Positions 30,515-41,868 of a stretch of DNA of 64,000 nt are shown here, piece by piece. Both the position numbers and the translations under genes were made by a program. The notes beneath the pieces are model-generated. The model was not told the origin of the DNA, did no database searches, and saw only the letters and a list, made by a program, of their open reading frames with translations. Location: positions 512,001-576,000 of the forward strand of contig CAWDSK010000002.1 of assembly GCA_963804995.1 (NCBI GenBank). Direction: 5' to 3'. This DNA comes from an uncultured Acidobacteriota bacterium (GTDB taxonomy: Bacteria; Acidobacteriota; Terriglobia; UBA7540). How positions within the stretch are numbered: the stretch's first letter is position 1; every line of letters starts with the position of its first letter.

Positions 30515-32995
30515 ATGGAACTCATGGAAAAAGAGCGTAAACCGATTGCCGGGTCAAACCGAGGGAACGGAGTTTCGCGTCGGCGGTGGCTGCAAGGCAT
30601 GGGGTTGGGCGCCACAACTGGCTTTGCGCAGAGGCTTTTTGCGGTTGGAAATTCCCACGCGATAGATGGCGATGCGTCGGGGGCGGTCGGCGGAGACGAA
30701 GCGGAACCAGCGCAACTTCTTCCGGGAACCCGGGCACTGACCGCTACCGGCGATTTCTCCGTGGAAATGCGCAAAGGTTTCGACCTGTTCCTGAGCCGCG
30801 AATTGGACCGTTCCATCGAAGCCCGGCAAAAGTTTTGGCAGAGGAACACATCCTCAGCCGCGGCATACATCGACTCCGTTGAGCCGAACCGGGCACGCTT
30901 TCGAACCATCATCGGATTGGTCGACACGCGAGTTCCGGTCACTGCACTCATGTACCAACACACGACGGAGTCTCCCGCGCGGGTTGCCGAAACGGCTGAC
31001 TTTACGATCGACGCAGTATCCTGGCCCGTGCTGGAAGGAGTCTCCGCAGAGGGCTTGCTGCTCAGACCAAAAACTAAACCTGCCGCCCGCGTCGTAGTCA
31101 TTCCCGATGCCGACCAGACCCCGGAAATGCTGGCGGGACTCGCAGCGGGAACCCCACCCGAGCAGTGGCTGGGCCTGGCGCTTGTCATGCGCGGCTGCCT
31201 CGTGCTGATTCCCACCTTGATTGACCGCAGCGATACCTGGTCAGGCAATCCTGCTGTCTTCTTCACCAACCAGCCACACCGCGAATGGATATACAAACAG
31301 TCGTATAGCTTGGGACGGCACATCATTGGATACGAAGTTCAAAAAGTTTTGGCGGCCATCGATTGGTTCGCCAAGGATAGAGGGAACGACCCGCAGAGAA
31401 TCGGCGTGGCGGGTTACGGCGAAGGTGGGCTCATCGCTCTCTATGCGGGCGCGGTGGACGGCCGGATTGACGCCACTCTGGTCAGCGGCTATTTCAATTC
31501 GCGCCAGCAGGTGTGGCAGGAGCCGATCTACCGCAATGTTTTTGGCCTGCTGCGTGAATTCGGGGATGCGGAGATTGCCAGCCTGATTGCTCCGCGTAAG
31601 CTCATCATCGAGCACAGCCCGGGGCCACAGATCGACGGTCCTCCCAAGCCTGAGGCGGGTCATCACGCAGGCGCGGCCCCGGGGATTTTGAGGACGCCGG
31701 AGGATTCCTCCGTCGCGGCGGAAGTCAAGCGAGCCGCCGAACTCGTGCCAAAAACCGGAGCCTTCGAGGGCTGGATCACCCTCGTGGCGGGGCCCAACGG
31801 AACCCCGGTTAGTCCCACTTCCCCCCGCGCCCTGGCACGGCTGTGCGAGGCTGCGGGGGTCTCAGCGGGCGTCGTCCCACCAAAGAATTCCCTCCTGCCG
31901 GATGCCCGCCGGAATTTTCAACCTTCAGAACGCCTGCATCGTCAAGTACAAGAACTCGTCGCCTACAACCAAAAGTTGTGTCATCAGTCGCAGGGCTGCA
32001 TCGATCACGGCAATTCTTGCGAGCAGTTTTGGAAGAAAGCCCAGCCTACCAACGCGAATGAATGGAGAGCAGCAACCCAAGCTTACCGTGACTACTATCG
32101 CGACGAAATTGTCGGCAGCTTCACCGAGCAAATGGTTCCAGCCGATACGCAGAGTCGCAAGACTTTCGAAAGACCTTCATGGATTGCTTACGAGGTAATG
32201 CTTAACGTTCTGCCGGATGTTTTTCTGTGGGCCTACGTGCTCGTCCCCAAGAACCTTCGTCCGGGTGAGCGCCGCCCCGTGGTCGTCTGCCAGCACGGCT
32301 CTGATGGCCTTCCCAAGCATGTGTTCGACGAGGACCCGAAGTCCCGCAGCTACGGATACTACAAAAATTTCGGAGCCCGCTTGGCCGAGGAGGGCTTCGT
32401 TGTCTGCGCCCCGCACAGTTTTTATCGAGGTGACGACGCCTTTCAAGTTCTCCAACGCAAAGCGAATCCCTTGAAAAAGACGCTGTGGGCCCTGGCCGTG
32501 GCGCAAAAACAAAACCTGGTGGAGTGGCTCGCGACCTTACCCTTTGTCGATGCCAGCCGGATCGGGTTTTACGGTGTTTCTTATGGCGGCGCAGAGGCCA
32601 TGTACGTTCCACCGCTGGTGGAGCAGTTTTCGGCAGTGGTGTGCGCAGCCAACTTTTCGGAAGCGATTCGTAGGGCTATAGCAACGGACATTCCCTGTAG
32701 CTCGGTCTTCTACGATATGTACGAGTGGGGTGAATTCAACATTGCCAACACCTTTGGGTACGCGGAACTTGTGGCCTTGATGGCTCCGCGCGCCTTCATG
32801 GTTGAGCGCGCCCACGGCGACCCCGTCTCTCCCGATGAGTGGGTCGCATACGAATATGCCCGCGTGCAGCGCTTGTACAACGCCTTGGGTATTCCAGAAC
32901 GGACGCGCATCGAGTATTTCAATGGCGGTCATACCACTAATTGCGTGGGTACCTTTGAATTCCTCCGCCAACAGTTGAAATGGAACGTTACGTAG
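30515..32995 (+). CDS. Tat-exported tandem alpha/beta-hydrolase (dienelactone hydrolase-like)
   Basis: SRRRWLQ signal; two hydrolase domains, RIGVAGYGEGG and RIGFYGVSYGG; VVCQHG; FNGGH. Confidence 0.8.
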   Translation: MELMEKERKPIAGSNRGNGVSRRRWLQGMGLGATTGFAQRLFAVGNSHAIDGDASGAVGGDEAEPAQLLPGTRALTATGDFSVEMRKGFDLFLSRELDRSIEARQKFWQRNTSSAAAYIDSVEPNRARFRTIIGLVDTRVPVTALMYQHTTESPARVAETADFTIDAVSWPVLEGVSAEGLLLRPKTKPAARVVVIPDADQTPEMLAGLAAGTPPEQWLGLALVMRGCLVLIPTLIDRSDTWSGNPAVFFTNQPHREWIYKQSYSLGRHIIGYEVQKVLAAIDWFAKDRGNDPQRIGVAGYGEGGLIALYAGAVDGRIDATLVSGYFNSRQQVWQEPIYRNVFGLLREFGDAEIASLIAPRKLIIEHSPGPQIDGPPKPEAGHHAGAAPGILRTPEDSSVAAEVKRAAELVPKTGAFEGWITLVAGPNGTPVSPTSPRALARLCEAAGVSAGVVPPKNSLLPDARRNFQPSERLHRQVQELVAYNQKLCHQSQGCIDHGNSCEQFWKKAQPTNANEWRAATQAYRDYYRDEIVGSFTEQMVPADTQSRKTFERPSWIAYEVMLNVLPDVFLWAYVLVPKNLRPGERRPVVVCQHGSDGLPKHVFDEDPKSRSYGYYKNFGARLAEEGFVVCAPHSFYRGDDAFQVLQRKANPLKKTLWALAVAQKQNLVEWLATLPFVDASRIGFYGVSYGGAEAMYVPPLVEQFSAVVCAANFSEAIRRAIATDIPCSSVFYDMYEWGEFNIANTFGYAELVALMAPRAFMVERAHGDPVSPDEWVAYEYARVQRLYNALGIPERTRIEYFNGGHTTNCVGTFEFLRQQLKWNVT

Positions 32996-33081
32996 GCCAC
33001 GGCGGGTCCATTAATTGCGGGAATGGGCACAAAAGATAAAATCGACATGCGGTTTGTCGAGCCAGTAATGTGGAGCGCCAC

Positions 33082-34329
33082 ATGAGCACATTTTCTTCGA
33101 TCCAAGGCCTGCGGTGTCTAACTTGTGGCCGCAACTATCCGGTCGCCCCGATGCAGGAAGGCTGCCCCGACTGCATTGCCGCCGGACGGCCTGCCATCCT
33201 CAACGCGGTATATGGGCTGGGAGTTGAGGAAGCCGGCGCCCTCAGGAAGGCGGAGCGCTTTTGGGATCACCATCGATTGCTCCCTGTTCCTGAGCCCGCA
33301 TCAGTGGTGACTCTGGGGGAGGGCAACACGCCGCTCCTGGCTCTCCCGCAGGCAGCAGAGGAGACGGGTGCTGATCAGGTCTGGGTGAAGTATGAAGCCG
33401 TTAACCCCACGCACTCCTGGAAGGATCGAACCAACGCCATCGCCGTGGCCATGGCCAAGCATTTCGGGTTCTCCAAAGTGATGTGCGCTTCAACGGGCAA
33501 CCACGGCGTTTCCTTGGCCGCTTACGCCGCGCGGGCCGGTCTGCGCTGTTTGGTAATCCTACCTGCTGCCGCGCCTCCGGCTGCCGCACAAGAACTCGGA
33601 TTCTTCGGGGCCACCCGGGTCGCGGTGGAAGGAAACGTCCTTCCGCTCATGCACGAACTGTTGCGTGAGCACGGCTGGTACGTCTCCCAACGAAACTCGC
33701 CGGGCACGTGGGGGCGCCCTTTTGGCAATCCATATGGGACTGACGGCTACAAGACGATGGCATACGAAATCTTTCATCAGCTCGGGGAGCGCGTGCCGGA
33801 TTTGGTTTTTGTGCCGGTCGGAGGAGGGGACGGAGCGTGGGGGCTTTACAAGGGGTTCGTAGAGCTCACAAACCTGAACTTGGCCTCAAAGGTACCCCAA
33901 ATCGTTGCATGCCAGTCGGCAGCGGGAGCATCTCTAGCCTACGCTTGGCGCGAGCAACTCCCCCAAATTGAGCCAGTTACGACTTCACCCACCATCGCGT
34001 TTTCGATTGTGGACGGCCTTTCGGGCGATCATGCGCTCCTGGCGGTCCGGCGATCGGAGGGTTGAGCGGTTGCTGTCGAAGAGGCCGAACTGGTGGCAGC
34101 GGAAGACATGTTTCGCAAGACCGGCATTTGCGTGGAACCGTCTTCGGCCGCATCGCTTGCCAGTCTACGCAGGCTTGGCCGGGAGAAGTGGGGAGTAGCG
34201 GGGAAGTCGGTAGTACTCATCGCCACCGGGACCGGCCTGCGCTGGCCAGCCACGTTTGAGGGAATCAGCACCACGCCACCGAAAGTCGAGGCATCGATTT
34301 CGGCGCTCAGCCGTGTTGTCGAAATTTAA
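33082..34329 (+). pseudogene. Threonine synthase-like PLP enzyme interrupted by an in-frame TGA at 34063-34065
   Basis: CLTC..C.DC, LGEGNTPL, NPTHSWKDR, ASTGNHG, PVGGGDG. The frame continues after the TGA into EPSSAAS..VVLIATGTG. Confidence 0.75.
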
Positions 34330-34448
34330 GCATCGTAAGCCGCGCCACGCGATTTCCCGGAAAAGAGAACTCAGACCGTGGAGGGGCGCGTAACTCTAAC
34401 CCGCGACGATGGCGGGTAGTGATGGATCGCGTTCCACCTGGCGAGCGG

Positions 34449-35808
34449 CTACGGCGCGCGCAAACGCTTCACGAGATCGTCCACCTTTTCGGCGATAGTC
34501 TCTTCCACGGCCCAAGTGAAGGGAGCGGGCTGACCGTAGACCAGCATCGCGCCGCCGCCTTCATAGCCGCCTTCGAGCAGCACTCGGCGAGAGGGAATGT
34601 ACGCAAAGACGTTCATTCGAGTAGCCCGCCACCCAGACATTGTCATAGCCGTACTGGCGTTTGAAGCGCAACGAGTAATCCACCACCACCTCGCCGCCGA
34701 GCACGATCAGGGTCAGGTCATTGCCGAACTGCCAGACTTCAATCGGGTAAGGATAGTGGTCCGGCAGTTTACCGTCGCGATCCATTATTTGCAGCATGAG
34801 CTTGGCATGGCGGCGCAAGTAAACATCCGGGCCGCTCAAGTGGCTTTGCAGTTCCTCCCGCGAGGGCGGAGGCTCGAAGGCGACATCCACGCGCACAAAA
34901 GCGGCGCGGAGGGGGCCGTTAATCGGCCGCATCTTGCCGTTCAAAACTTCCTCGGTGGCCTCGGCGATTGTCTCACCATACCTTTGGGAAAGCTCCACGG
35001 AGTGGCGCGGCAAGGGGTTGGCATCCGCACCGCAACCTTCGATGAACATGGCCATGGCCTCGGGGTGCGTCTTCTCGATCGCAGCTTGCGCAAAGCCAGC
35101 CCAATCACCGTTGACCTGGTAGTCGTCCAAAGAGGTGTTGTGGCAGGCATAGCCAAAAACGACGGCGCGCAACGAGCCGTCTCGCCCGCGCACGGCGAGC
35201 ACGGGGACGTCCTGATCGACCGGCCCGGGATACTCGCGATGGCCCACGCGGCGGCGGTTGACGGCCACCCCGGCCAGCCCCTGCTCGAAGGAGATCTCCG
35301 CCGGCGACATATCGTGGAGGGAACGGCCAATCACGTCCACGACCTGGCCCTCCAGCCAGTCGGTGTAGCGCGCAATGACTGCCAACTCAGCGTCACCGAA
35401 AGGGTACGCCGGAAGAAGCATGTGACCGATCACGGGAGCGCTGTGGGTGTGGGAGGAGTTCAAGAACAACCGCTCACGAGGCAGGCCGAATTGCTTCTCG
35501 ACGCGCGCGGCGATGGGGTCTGAGACCTCGCGGGGGAAACCGAGCAGGTCCGAGCTGACCAGGACCGACACCGTGCCCTGGTCGTCCTTGAGGGCCAGCG
35601 CCTTCACGAAGATGTGCATTCGAACCCCTTCGGAAGGATGCGTGCGAGCACCATAGCCTGCCAGCCAGATGGGTTGGGTGGGCGTGATATCCACGCGCGC
35701 AACGCCCGCCTGCCACGCGGCCGAGGCAGGAAGACTCACGGCCAACAACGCCCACAAGACAAAAAAGGTACGCAAACAGTTTGACTGCGAGTTTATGGGG
35801 TTTGACAT
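34449..35808 (-). CDS. Neutral/alkaline ceramidase N-terminal-domain family protein, +1 frameshift at ~34611
   Basis: AGVARVDITP, LAGYGAR, SHTHSAP, YACHNT, GCGADANP, GEVVVDY; GYSN|DVFAYIPS restored across the shift. Confidence 0.87.
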
Positions 35809-36136
35809 GGCGCTATCCTAGGCCAAGGTGAGAACAACGTTCGAGCGGATTTTCAGTCCTATCCTGCCGCCGAAAGATTAGTACGCGGTTGATGTGGCCC
35901 CACACTTCACCGCATTGTTGAATCTTGGCCGACACGCAAGACACGGTGAACAATCGACAGGCGACTGGAAGGGGAGATGGTCCGGTAGCGTGGAGTTGTG
36001 TGCATCTCAGCACTACCCCGCAGATTGAATTCCTGTTGCGGGGAGGGAAGGCAGTTTATAATCCCCTCAGGTGCTCCTGACGGACCCGGGGAACCTAACC
36101 GAGAGAAGTCTTTGGTTTGGCTGAGGAGAACTCGCT

Positions 36137-36364
36137 ATGGACCCTTCGATAACCCAAGAAATCGTTGAACGCCTGCACGAGTTGCCGGCGTCGCAACAAC
36201 AACTCGTGCTGGAGGTTGTCAGGTCACTGGCAAGCCCTAGACCGCAAGGAGTTCCCGCCAAAGACCTGTTGCCGCTCACCGGAGCCATAACTGCCGAAGA
36301 CGCTCGCCAGATGATGAACGCGATCGAGGAAGGCTGCGAAAGAGTCGACTCGAATGCCTGGTAG
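36137..36364 (+). CDS. Small antitoxin-like protein (VapB/DUF2281-like)
   Basis: GAGGAG RBS; 75 aa; overlaps a PIN-toxin remnant. Confidence 0.65.
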   Translation: MDPSITQEIVERLHELPASQQQLVLEVVRSLASPRPQGVPAKDLLPLTGAITAEDARQMMNAIEEGCERVDSNAW

Positions 36365-36475
36365 CTTTCTTCTTGCATTTGGATTGCCGCCCACGCCCAA
36401 CAGTACGATCTCACGCTGGTTACCCGCGACGCGCACTTCAACGCCGTCGAGGGTATCAGAATCGAAGCATGGTGA
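36354..36475 (+). pseudogene. Internally deleted VapC/PIN toxin
   Basis: N-terminus MPGSFLL joined out of frame to the PIN C-terminus IWIAAHAQQYDLTLVTRDAHFNAVEGIRIEAW*. Confidence 0.75.
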
Positions 36476-36690
36476 AGCAGGTAACGCCGAGCTGGGCGTA
36501 TGCGGCCCTGCGATTCTAGTGCGGTCTGATGACGTGAATCGTAGACCTGGGCTCGCTCTGCGCCAATCGGCTACTCTATGATCGTACCGAAGGCAGCGCG
36601 TGCCCGCGCTACAGCCGATGGGCGAGACTTTAAAGATGAGCCATCTTCACCCCCCGCGGCGAGCCGGAGGATCCTGCCAGGAGGGAACTT

Positions 36691-38067
36691 CTAGCCTCCG
36701 CCTTTCGCCACCTTCACCTCTCCCAACGAGCCGCGGTCCAGACCTCGCGCATCGAGGAGATGCACGGAAATTCTATCCGTCGCGGGAGGCGCCGGAATGG
36801 TCGTGTCCAAAGCGACGGGTTCCGTTGGCTCGGCACGGATTATCTCCACTTTTTTGAGCTCCACGCCCTGAGCGTCGTACAAGTGGGCCAGCAGTCGACC
36901 GGCATAAAAGACTCCGAAGAAACCCGTAAGCCGCAGCCCGCCGCCGGTGGGGACGGCACCAAGTTCCTGACCGATCACCCCGGCATCGGTTACATCAGTG
37001 AGCCGCGGGGTCATGCGTGTGGGGAACCACTCACTTTCGAAAGCGTACTTCTCGCCGGGAGACAAGGTCACCAGCGGGCTATTCAGTTCCGCCTCCATGT
37101 AATAGGGCGCGTCCTCCCGCTTTTTCGGCGAGATCTCCGGCATTCCTTTGCTGTTGAGGCGCAGGCTGGGCCCATCAATGTAAAAAATCACCGACGCGCG
37201 CTCAGGATAAGCTGCGCCGGGGAGAACATGGAAGCGCTCTACCATAGCGAAATTCGAAGAGCCGTCCACCACCGCAACCCACCCCGCCGTTGAGTCCACC
37301 CCCACTTCGCCTTCCATATAGCGCCAGTGCAGCGCGAATAAATTGTTGTCCTGGATGTTATAAGAAGGATGGTCGATCGGACCCGCATGAGCATCGAATT
37401 TGCGGTTAAAAACGCTCGCGGAGTTGGCGGGTGTGAAGGCCCAGAAATTGCGATTGTAATTCTCCGGATCACCTGGCGCCGCAGTGTTGTACTGGGATAC
37501 GGATTGCACTGACCAGCGAATTCGGTGTCCGGTAATATTCTGCATTTCCGCATGGAAGCCGATCTTCGGCGTGTCGCCATCCATGCTTATTTCCCGGGAG
37601 TACTCGAGGCCGGTTTTTTCGTCCGGTGGGCCTTGCAACCGTACGGTGCAAGTATGGCCGGTAGAGAGAACTTGAAACTGATAAATCCCGTCATCCAAAA
37701 TATCCGAGCCGCCCGACCAGTGCTGTTCATCCTCCGAGCCTTCGGGGAGAGGCCAGATCTTGTCACCTCCGTAATTGAACCATTTTCCCTGCGCCGCGCC
37801 CTGCGAAGGGGGGAAGTACTTCCCGAGGTACAGAGGATTTACAAATAAGTAGTCGTGCGAGCCAAACGTGACTTGCATCAGCCGGCCGCCGAGCATCGGA
37901 ACGATAATTAGGCTCACCCATCGATTCGCCATGCGCTGGGCATCCCATCCCTGAAAGGTAACGGGTTCCACAGTGCAAGTTGAGGGAGTCTGATCAGTTT
38001 GCGCCTGCGTGCTGGCGGGGATGAGCGTGAAAATGACAGTTAAGACTGCGAAAAGCGCCGTCCCCAC
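36691..38067 (-). CDS. Secreted hypothetical protein (galactose mutarotase-like/DUF4380-like)
   Basis: Signal peptide; VP.LGGRLMQ, WFNYGGDKIWPLP, YMEAEL.SP. Confidence 0.65.
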   Translation of the reverse strand: MGTALFAVLTVIFTLIPASTQAQTDQTPSTCTVEPVTFQGWDAQRMANRWVSLIIVPMLGGRLMQVTFGSHDYLFVNPLYLGKYFPPSQGAAQGKWFNYGGDKIWPLPEGSEDEQHWSGGSDILDDGIYQFQVLSTGHTCTVRLQGPPDEKTGLEYSREISMDGDTPKIGFHAEMQNITGHRIRWSVQSVSQYNTAAPGDPENYNRNFWAFTPANSASVFNRKFDAHAGPIDHPSYNIQDNNLFALHWRYMEGEVGVDSTAGWVAVVDGSSNFAMVERFHVLPGAAYPERASVIFYIDGPSLRLNSKGMPEISPKKREDAPYYMEAELNSPLVTLSPGEKYAFESEWFPTRMTPRLTDVTDAGVIGQELGAVPTGGGLRLTGFFGVFYAGRLLAHLYDAQGVELKKVEIIRAEPTEPVALDTTIPAPPATDRISVHLLDARGLDRGSLGEVKVAKGGG

Positions 38068-38351
38068 TCTGAGAATGGCATTTGGTTTGTCCTCTTCGTC
38101 GCCTATTTGAACCGGAGAAGTCAGATATTTCTATCCAAAACGATGCCGATGCTTGCAATAGCCCGCAGATGCCTTTGCAATGAGGCCGGCTGGCGCAGGG
38201 CGAGCGCAGCCCTGCGGTTCTAGCGCGACGAGATGGGGTGAATCGCCCCGACTGGTCGGGGCGCCAACCTGCCCATCCCGCCGTCTGCGCCTGTCGCTCC
38301 AGTCAATTATAGACCACTGATTAATTTGTCGGCGCAGATGAATCCCGAGTT

Positions 38352-38500
38352 GGTAGCCACGGTCAACGCTTTATTGACCGTGGGCTTTTCTCATGCCAAT
38401 TACGGCAATCATAATTACGCCCGCCGTCACGGCAGCGATTCAACAATCGTTCGAAACGAAGGAAGGACCCACGGTCAGAAAAACGCTGACCGTGGCTACC
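38352..38500. repeat. REPIN-like element, copy 1 (GGTAGCCACGGTCA..TGACCGTGG doublet)
   Basis: Two inverted GTAG-REP hairpins. Confidence 0.85.
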
Positions 38501-38586
38501 CACTGCGGAAACTTTCAATAGTAGGAAATCAATAGTAGACTCGGTGCGAACGGGAGACACCAGTTCATATCAAGGAGACCTTCATA

Positions 38587-39948
38587 ATGAGTATTCCGAA
38601 AACCCCTGGGAATCCCAGCGAAACTACGCGCCGAAAATTTCTTCAAGCAGGCAGCATGGCTTTTGTTGGTATGGCGATGCCTGCGGGTAGAGGCTTGACC
38701 CCGACGTCCGAAACCCTGGCCATAGCCGGAGGTTCCCAAGCTGTCTCGGTTCCAAAGGAGAGGATCGAAAGCCTCATTCGCTGGCCTCGCTATGGAGACA
38801 ATGAAAAGCGGGCGCTCCATGACCTGATCGACAAAGCCACACTCCTTAACAATGAGTACTATAGCGAGGCGCCGGCTCTCGAAACCGAGTGGAAGGCTTA
38901 CATGGGAGCGCCGTACGCCAAGGCCCACATGAATGGCTCCAGCGCGATCACCAGCATGTTTTTTGCGCTCAACCTCCCCCCCGGCAGCGAGGTCCTGGTG
39001 ACCTCGTGGAACCATTTTTCGGACTGCCTCACGGAGCGCTTCTTCGGCTACGTTCCGGTTTTTGTCGACATTGACCCGCACACGGCCTGCTTCGACCTGG
39101 ATGATGCCAAGCGCAAGCTGACCAAGAACACCCGGGTGCTTTTCCCCATGCATTGTTTTGGTCTGCCCTGTGAAATGGATCACATTATGGGCTTTGCCAA
39201 GGAGAAGGGCCTGCTGGTGATCGAGGATGCGGCCCATGCGCATGGGGCTTCGATGCAGGGTAAGAACATGGGGAACTGGGGTGTGATGGGCATCTTCAGC
39301 TTTCAGGTAAGCAAGGTCATGCCGGCCGTCGAGGGCGGAATGGGTGTTTACTCGACGCGTGAATACTATGAGCGTGCCGCCGCGTTCGGGCACTTCGAAG
39401 CTCCTGCCAAGTTCCCCGTAGATAGCCCGGTTCATGGCTATGCGGGAACCGGCTTTGGGCAGAAGTACCGCATGCATCCTTTCGGTGCGGTCGTCGCTCG
39501 CCAGCAATTACGCGTGCTTGACGAGCAGAATGCCATGGTTCAGGCCAACGTCCGGAAGCTGAACGATCGGCTGATTCAGCTTCCTGGCTTAAGTGAGCCC
39601 CGCCTCCGTAAAGACCAGAAGCGCGTGTACTATGAGGGGAATCTGCTGCTGCTCGATCCCGCCAAAGCCGGCTTCTCGCGCAACGCGCTGCTGAAAGCGC
39701 TGCGCGCGGAAGGGGTGCGTGCCTTCGTGTGGCATTTTCCCCAGAACCATAAAATGAAGATTTATTCCGAGGCCAAGTGGTGGCACCACCCGCCGCCGAT
39801 CGCACCCTCCTTCCCGGGCAATGATGAGGTGGACAACAATCATATCTTTGTCTCGCATCTCTACGCCGAAGCGGATGAGGTGATCGATCAGTACGTGAAG
39901 GCGTTCGAGAAAATATGGGCGCACAAGGAAGAGGTCGCCAAGCTTTGA
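38587..39948 (+). CDS. DegT/DnrJ/EryC1/StrS PLP aminotransferase with Tat signal
   Basis: TTRRKFLQ; NGSSA, PVFVDID, IEDAAHAHGA, FSFQVSK, EGGM. Confidence 0.9.
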   Translation: MSIPKTPGNPSETTRRKFLQAGSMAFVGMAMPAGRGLTPTSETLAIAGGSQAVSVPKERIESLIRWPRYGDNEKRALHDLIDKATLLNNEYYSEAPALETEWKAYMGAPYAKAHMNGSSAITSMFFALNLPPGSEVLVTSWNHFSDCLTERFFGYVPVFVDIDPHTACFDLDDAKRKLTKNTRVLFPMHCFGLPCEMDHIMGFAKEKGLLVIEDAAHAHGASMQGKNMGNWGVMGIFSFQVSKVMPAVEGGMGVYSTREYYERAAAFGHFEAPAKFPVDSPVHGYAGTGFGQKYRMHPFGAVVARQQLRVLDEQNAMVQANVRKLNDRLIQLPGLSEPRLRKDQKRVYYEGNLLLLDPAKAGFSRNALLKALRAEGVRAFVWHFPQNHKMKIYSEAKWWHHPPPIAPSFPGNDEVDNNHIFVSHLYAEADEVIDQYVKAFEKIWAHKEEVAKL

Positions 39949-40064
39949 GCAGTACGAGTGACTGAGCTGGACGCGGAAAAATGCAGAAACTTGGCCACCC
40001 CACGTTCAGCCGTCTCACGTCAAATCACATCTCGCCAAGAGTCATCAGAGGAGGGAACGGTTAA

Positions 40065-41444
40065 ATGTTGAGGAAAATCCAGTTGCCACGCCGCAATTTT
40101 CTAGCTTTGACAACGGCAGCCGTAGCGGAGCCTTTTACCAGGATGTCAGCGCAACCGGGGGGGCTCTCCCCGTCGAGCGAAGGCCCCGCCCCTGCCTTCA
40201 AGCTCGCGGGGATGAGCTTGCCGGAACTGCGCAAGCGTTACCAGGCGGAACTCTTTGATGCCTACCTCCCGTTCTGGGATCGGTATGGGATCGATCATAA
40301 GTATGGTGGCTTCATGTGCGCGCTCGATCACGATGGAACGCTGGTGAACGACACCAAGTTCCATTGGTTCCAGGGGCGCGGTGTCTGGGTCTACAGCTTC
40401 CTCTATAACCATTTCCGCAAGGACCCGCATTACCTGGAGATCGCGAAAAAGACCAAGGATTTCATGCTCGCCCATTTTCCACAGAAAGACGGGACGTGGG
40501 CGAAACTGGTTTCGCGCGAAGGGAAGATGCTCAAGCCGTTTAACGGCGACCTGTTTGGAATGTTTTTTGCCGCCGAGGGCTTGCAGGAGTATGCCTTCGC
40601 CACGGGGGACAACGAGGCTCGGGAGATGGCCACCCGTCTCATGAAGCAGCTCTTCGCCAAGCTGATGGATCCCGCCGTTCCGGACCCCGAAACCGGATTG
40701 ATGGGCGTGCGCTCGCAGGGCGTGTGGATGGTAACGGTTCGAACCGCCACGCAGATGTTGAGAAGATGGCCCGATAGCGAGATCGCCGCCATGGCCGACC
40801 ACAGCGTCGATGCGGTGATGAACAAGCATTACAATCCTGAATTCGGTCTCGACACGGAGACGTTGAATCTGGACAACAGCCGCCCCAAAGATTTGGCCAA
40901 TGTAACCGTCTGTGGCCACTCCGTTGAAACCTTATGGATGATCCTGGATGAAGCTCTCCGTCGCAAAGACCAGGCCCTTTATGATCTGTGTGCCGCGCGG
41001 CTGCGTCATCACCTTGAAGTGTGTTGGGATTATATCTTCGGAGGTCTGGCCGATTCCATTAATGTTAACCAGGGAGCGTATCAATGGCCGGTGGATACGC
41101 CCGTGGGCACTAACTACGCATTCCGCGAGGTGGGCGAGTACAAATGGGTGAAGACTTCCTGGTCGTTTGATGAAGTTCTCATTTCGACACTGAACGTCAT
41201 TGAGCACAAGAGAAGCGAGTGGGCGACCCGCTATTTCAATTCTGCCTACGAAACCTTCGACAAAAAGATGTCCCTAAAATCGCACGGCCTGCCGCTCTTC
41301 AATGGTTTTGCCGAACGCGAGATGGCTTTCCAGCCCCACGTGGTGCGCCAGGAGAACTACCACCACGCGCGGCAACTTATGCTCAATCTGCTGGCCCTGG
41401 ACTGGATGATCAAGGGGGAGGAATCTGCTGCGAAGGCAGGATGA
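40065..41444 (+). CDS. AGE-family (N-acylglucosamine 2-epimerase-like) epimerase with Tat signal
   Basis: PRRNFLAL; PFW...ID..YGGF.C.LD.DG, K..WFQGR..W, GHSVETLW, YHH.R. Confidence 0.88.
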   Translation: MLRKIQLPRRNFLALTTAAVAEPFTRMSAQPGGLSPSSEGPAPAFKLAGMSLPELRKRYQAELFDAYLPFWDRYGIDHKYGGFMCALDHDGTLVNDTKFHWFQGRGVWVYSFLYNHFRKDPHYLEIAKKTKDFMLAHFPQKDGTWAKLVSREGKMLKPFNGDLFGMFFAAEGLQEYAFATGDNEAREMATRLMKQLFAKLMDPAVPDPETGLMGVRSQGVWMVTVRTATQMLRRWPDSEIAAMADHSVDAVMNKHYNPEFGLDTETLNLDNSRPKDLANVTVCGHSVETLWMILDEALRRKDQALYDLCAARLRHHLEVCWDYIFGGLADSINVNQGAYQWPVDTPVGTNYAFREVGEYKWVKTSWSFDEVLISTLNVIEHKRSEWATRYFNSAYETFDKKMSLKSHGLPLFNGFAEREMAFQPHVVRQENYHHARQLMLNLLALDWMIKGEESAAKAG

Positions 41445-41476
41445 ATCAAGGCTTGCCTTACGAACAATGACGAACG

Positions 41477-41832
41477 GGTAGCCACGGTCAGCGATTTTCT
41501 GACCGTGGGCTCTTCTCATGCCAATAATGGCGATCAAAGCTAGACGTGCCGTCGCGGCGATAGTTCCACGTTCGTTCAAGATCGGAGAAAGAACCCACGG
41601 TCACAACAGCGGTGACCGTGGCTACCAGCTATGATTCTCGTTGGGTTGCGGCTCGGCGGCGCTGCTTACGAAACATGACGAACGGGTAGCCACGGTCAGC
41701 GATTTTCTGACCGTGGGCTCTTCTCATGCCAATAATGGCTCAAAGCTAGAGGTGCCGTCGTGGCGATACTTCCACGGTCGTTCGAGATCGGAGAAAGAAC
41801 CCACGGTCACAACGGCGGTGACCGTGGCTACC
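41477..41832. repeat. REPIN-like element, tandem copies 2 (41477-41626) and 3 (41685-41832)
   Basis: Near-identical ~150-bp units with GGTAGCCACGGTCA termini. Confidence 0.9.
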
Positions 41833-41868
41833 ACTGCGCAACCTGCTGCATCCCAGGTCCAGGCGATA

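Noticed and set aside
34063..34065. Selenocysteine recoding of the TGA
   Set aside because: It is not a catalytic Cys position and no convincing SECIS hairpin follows.
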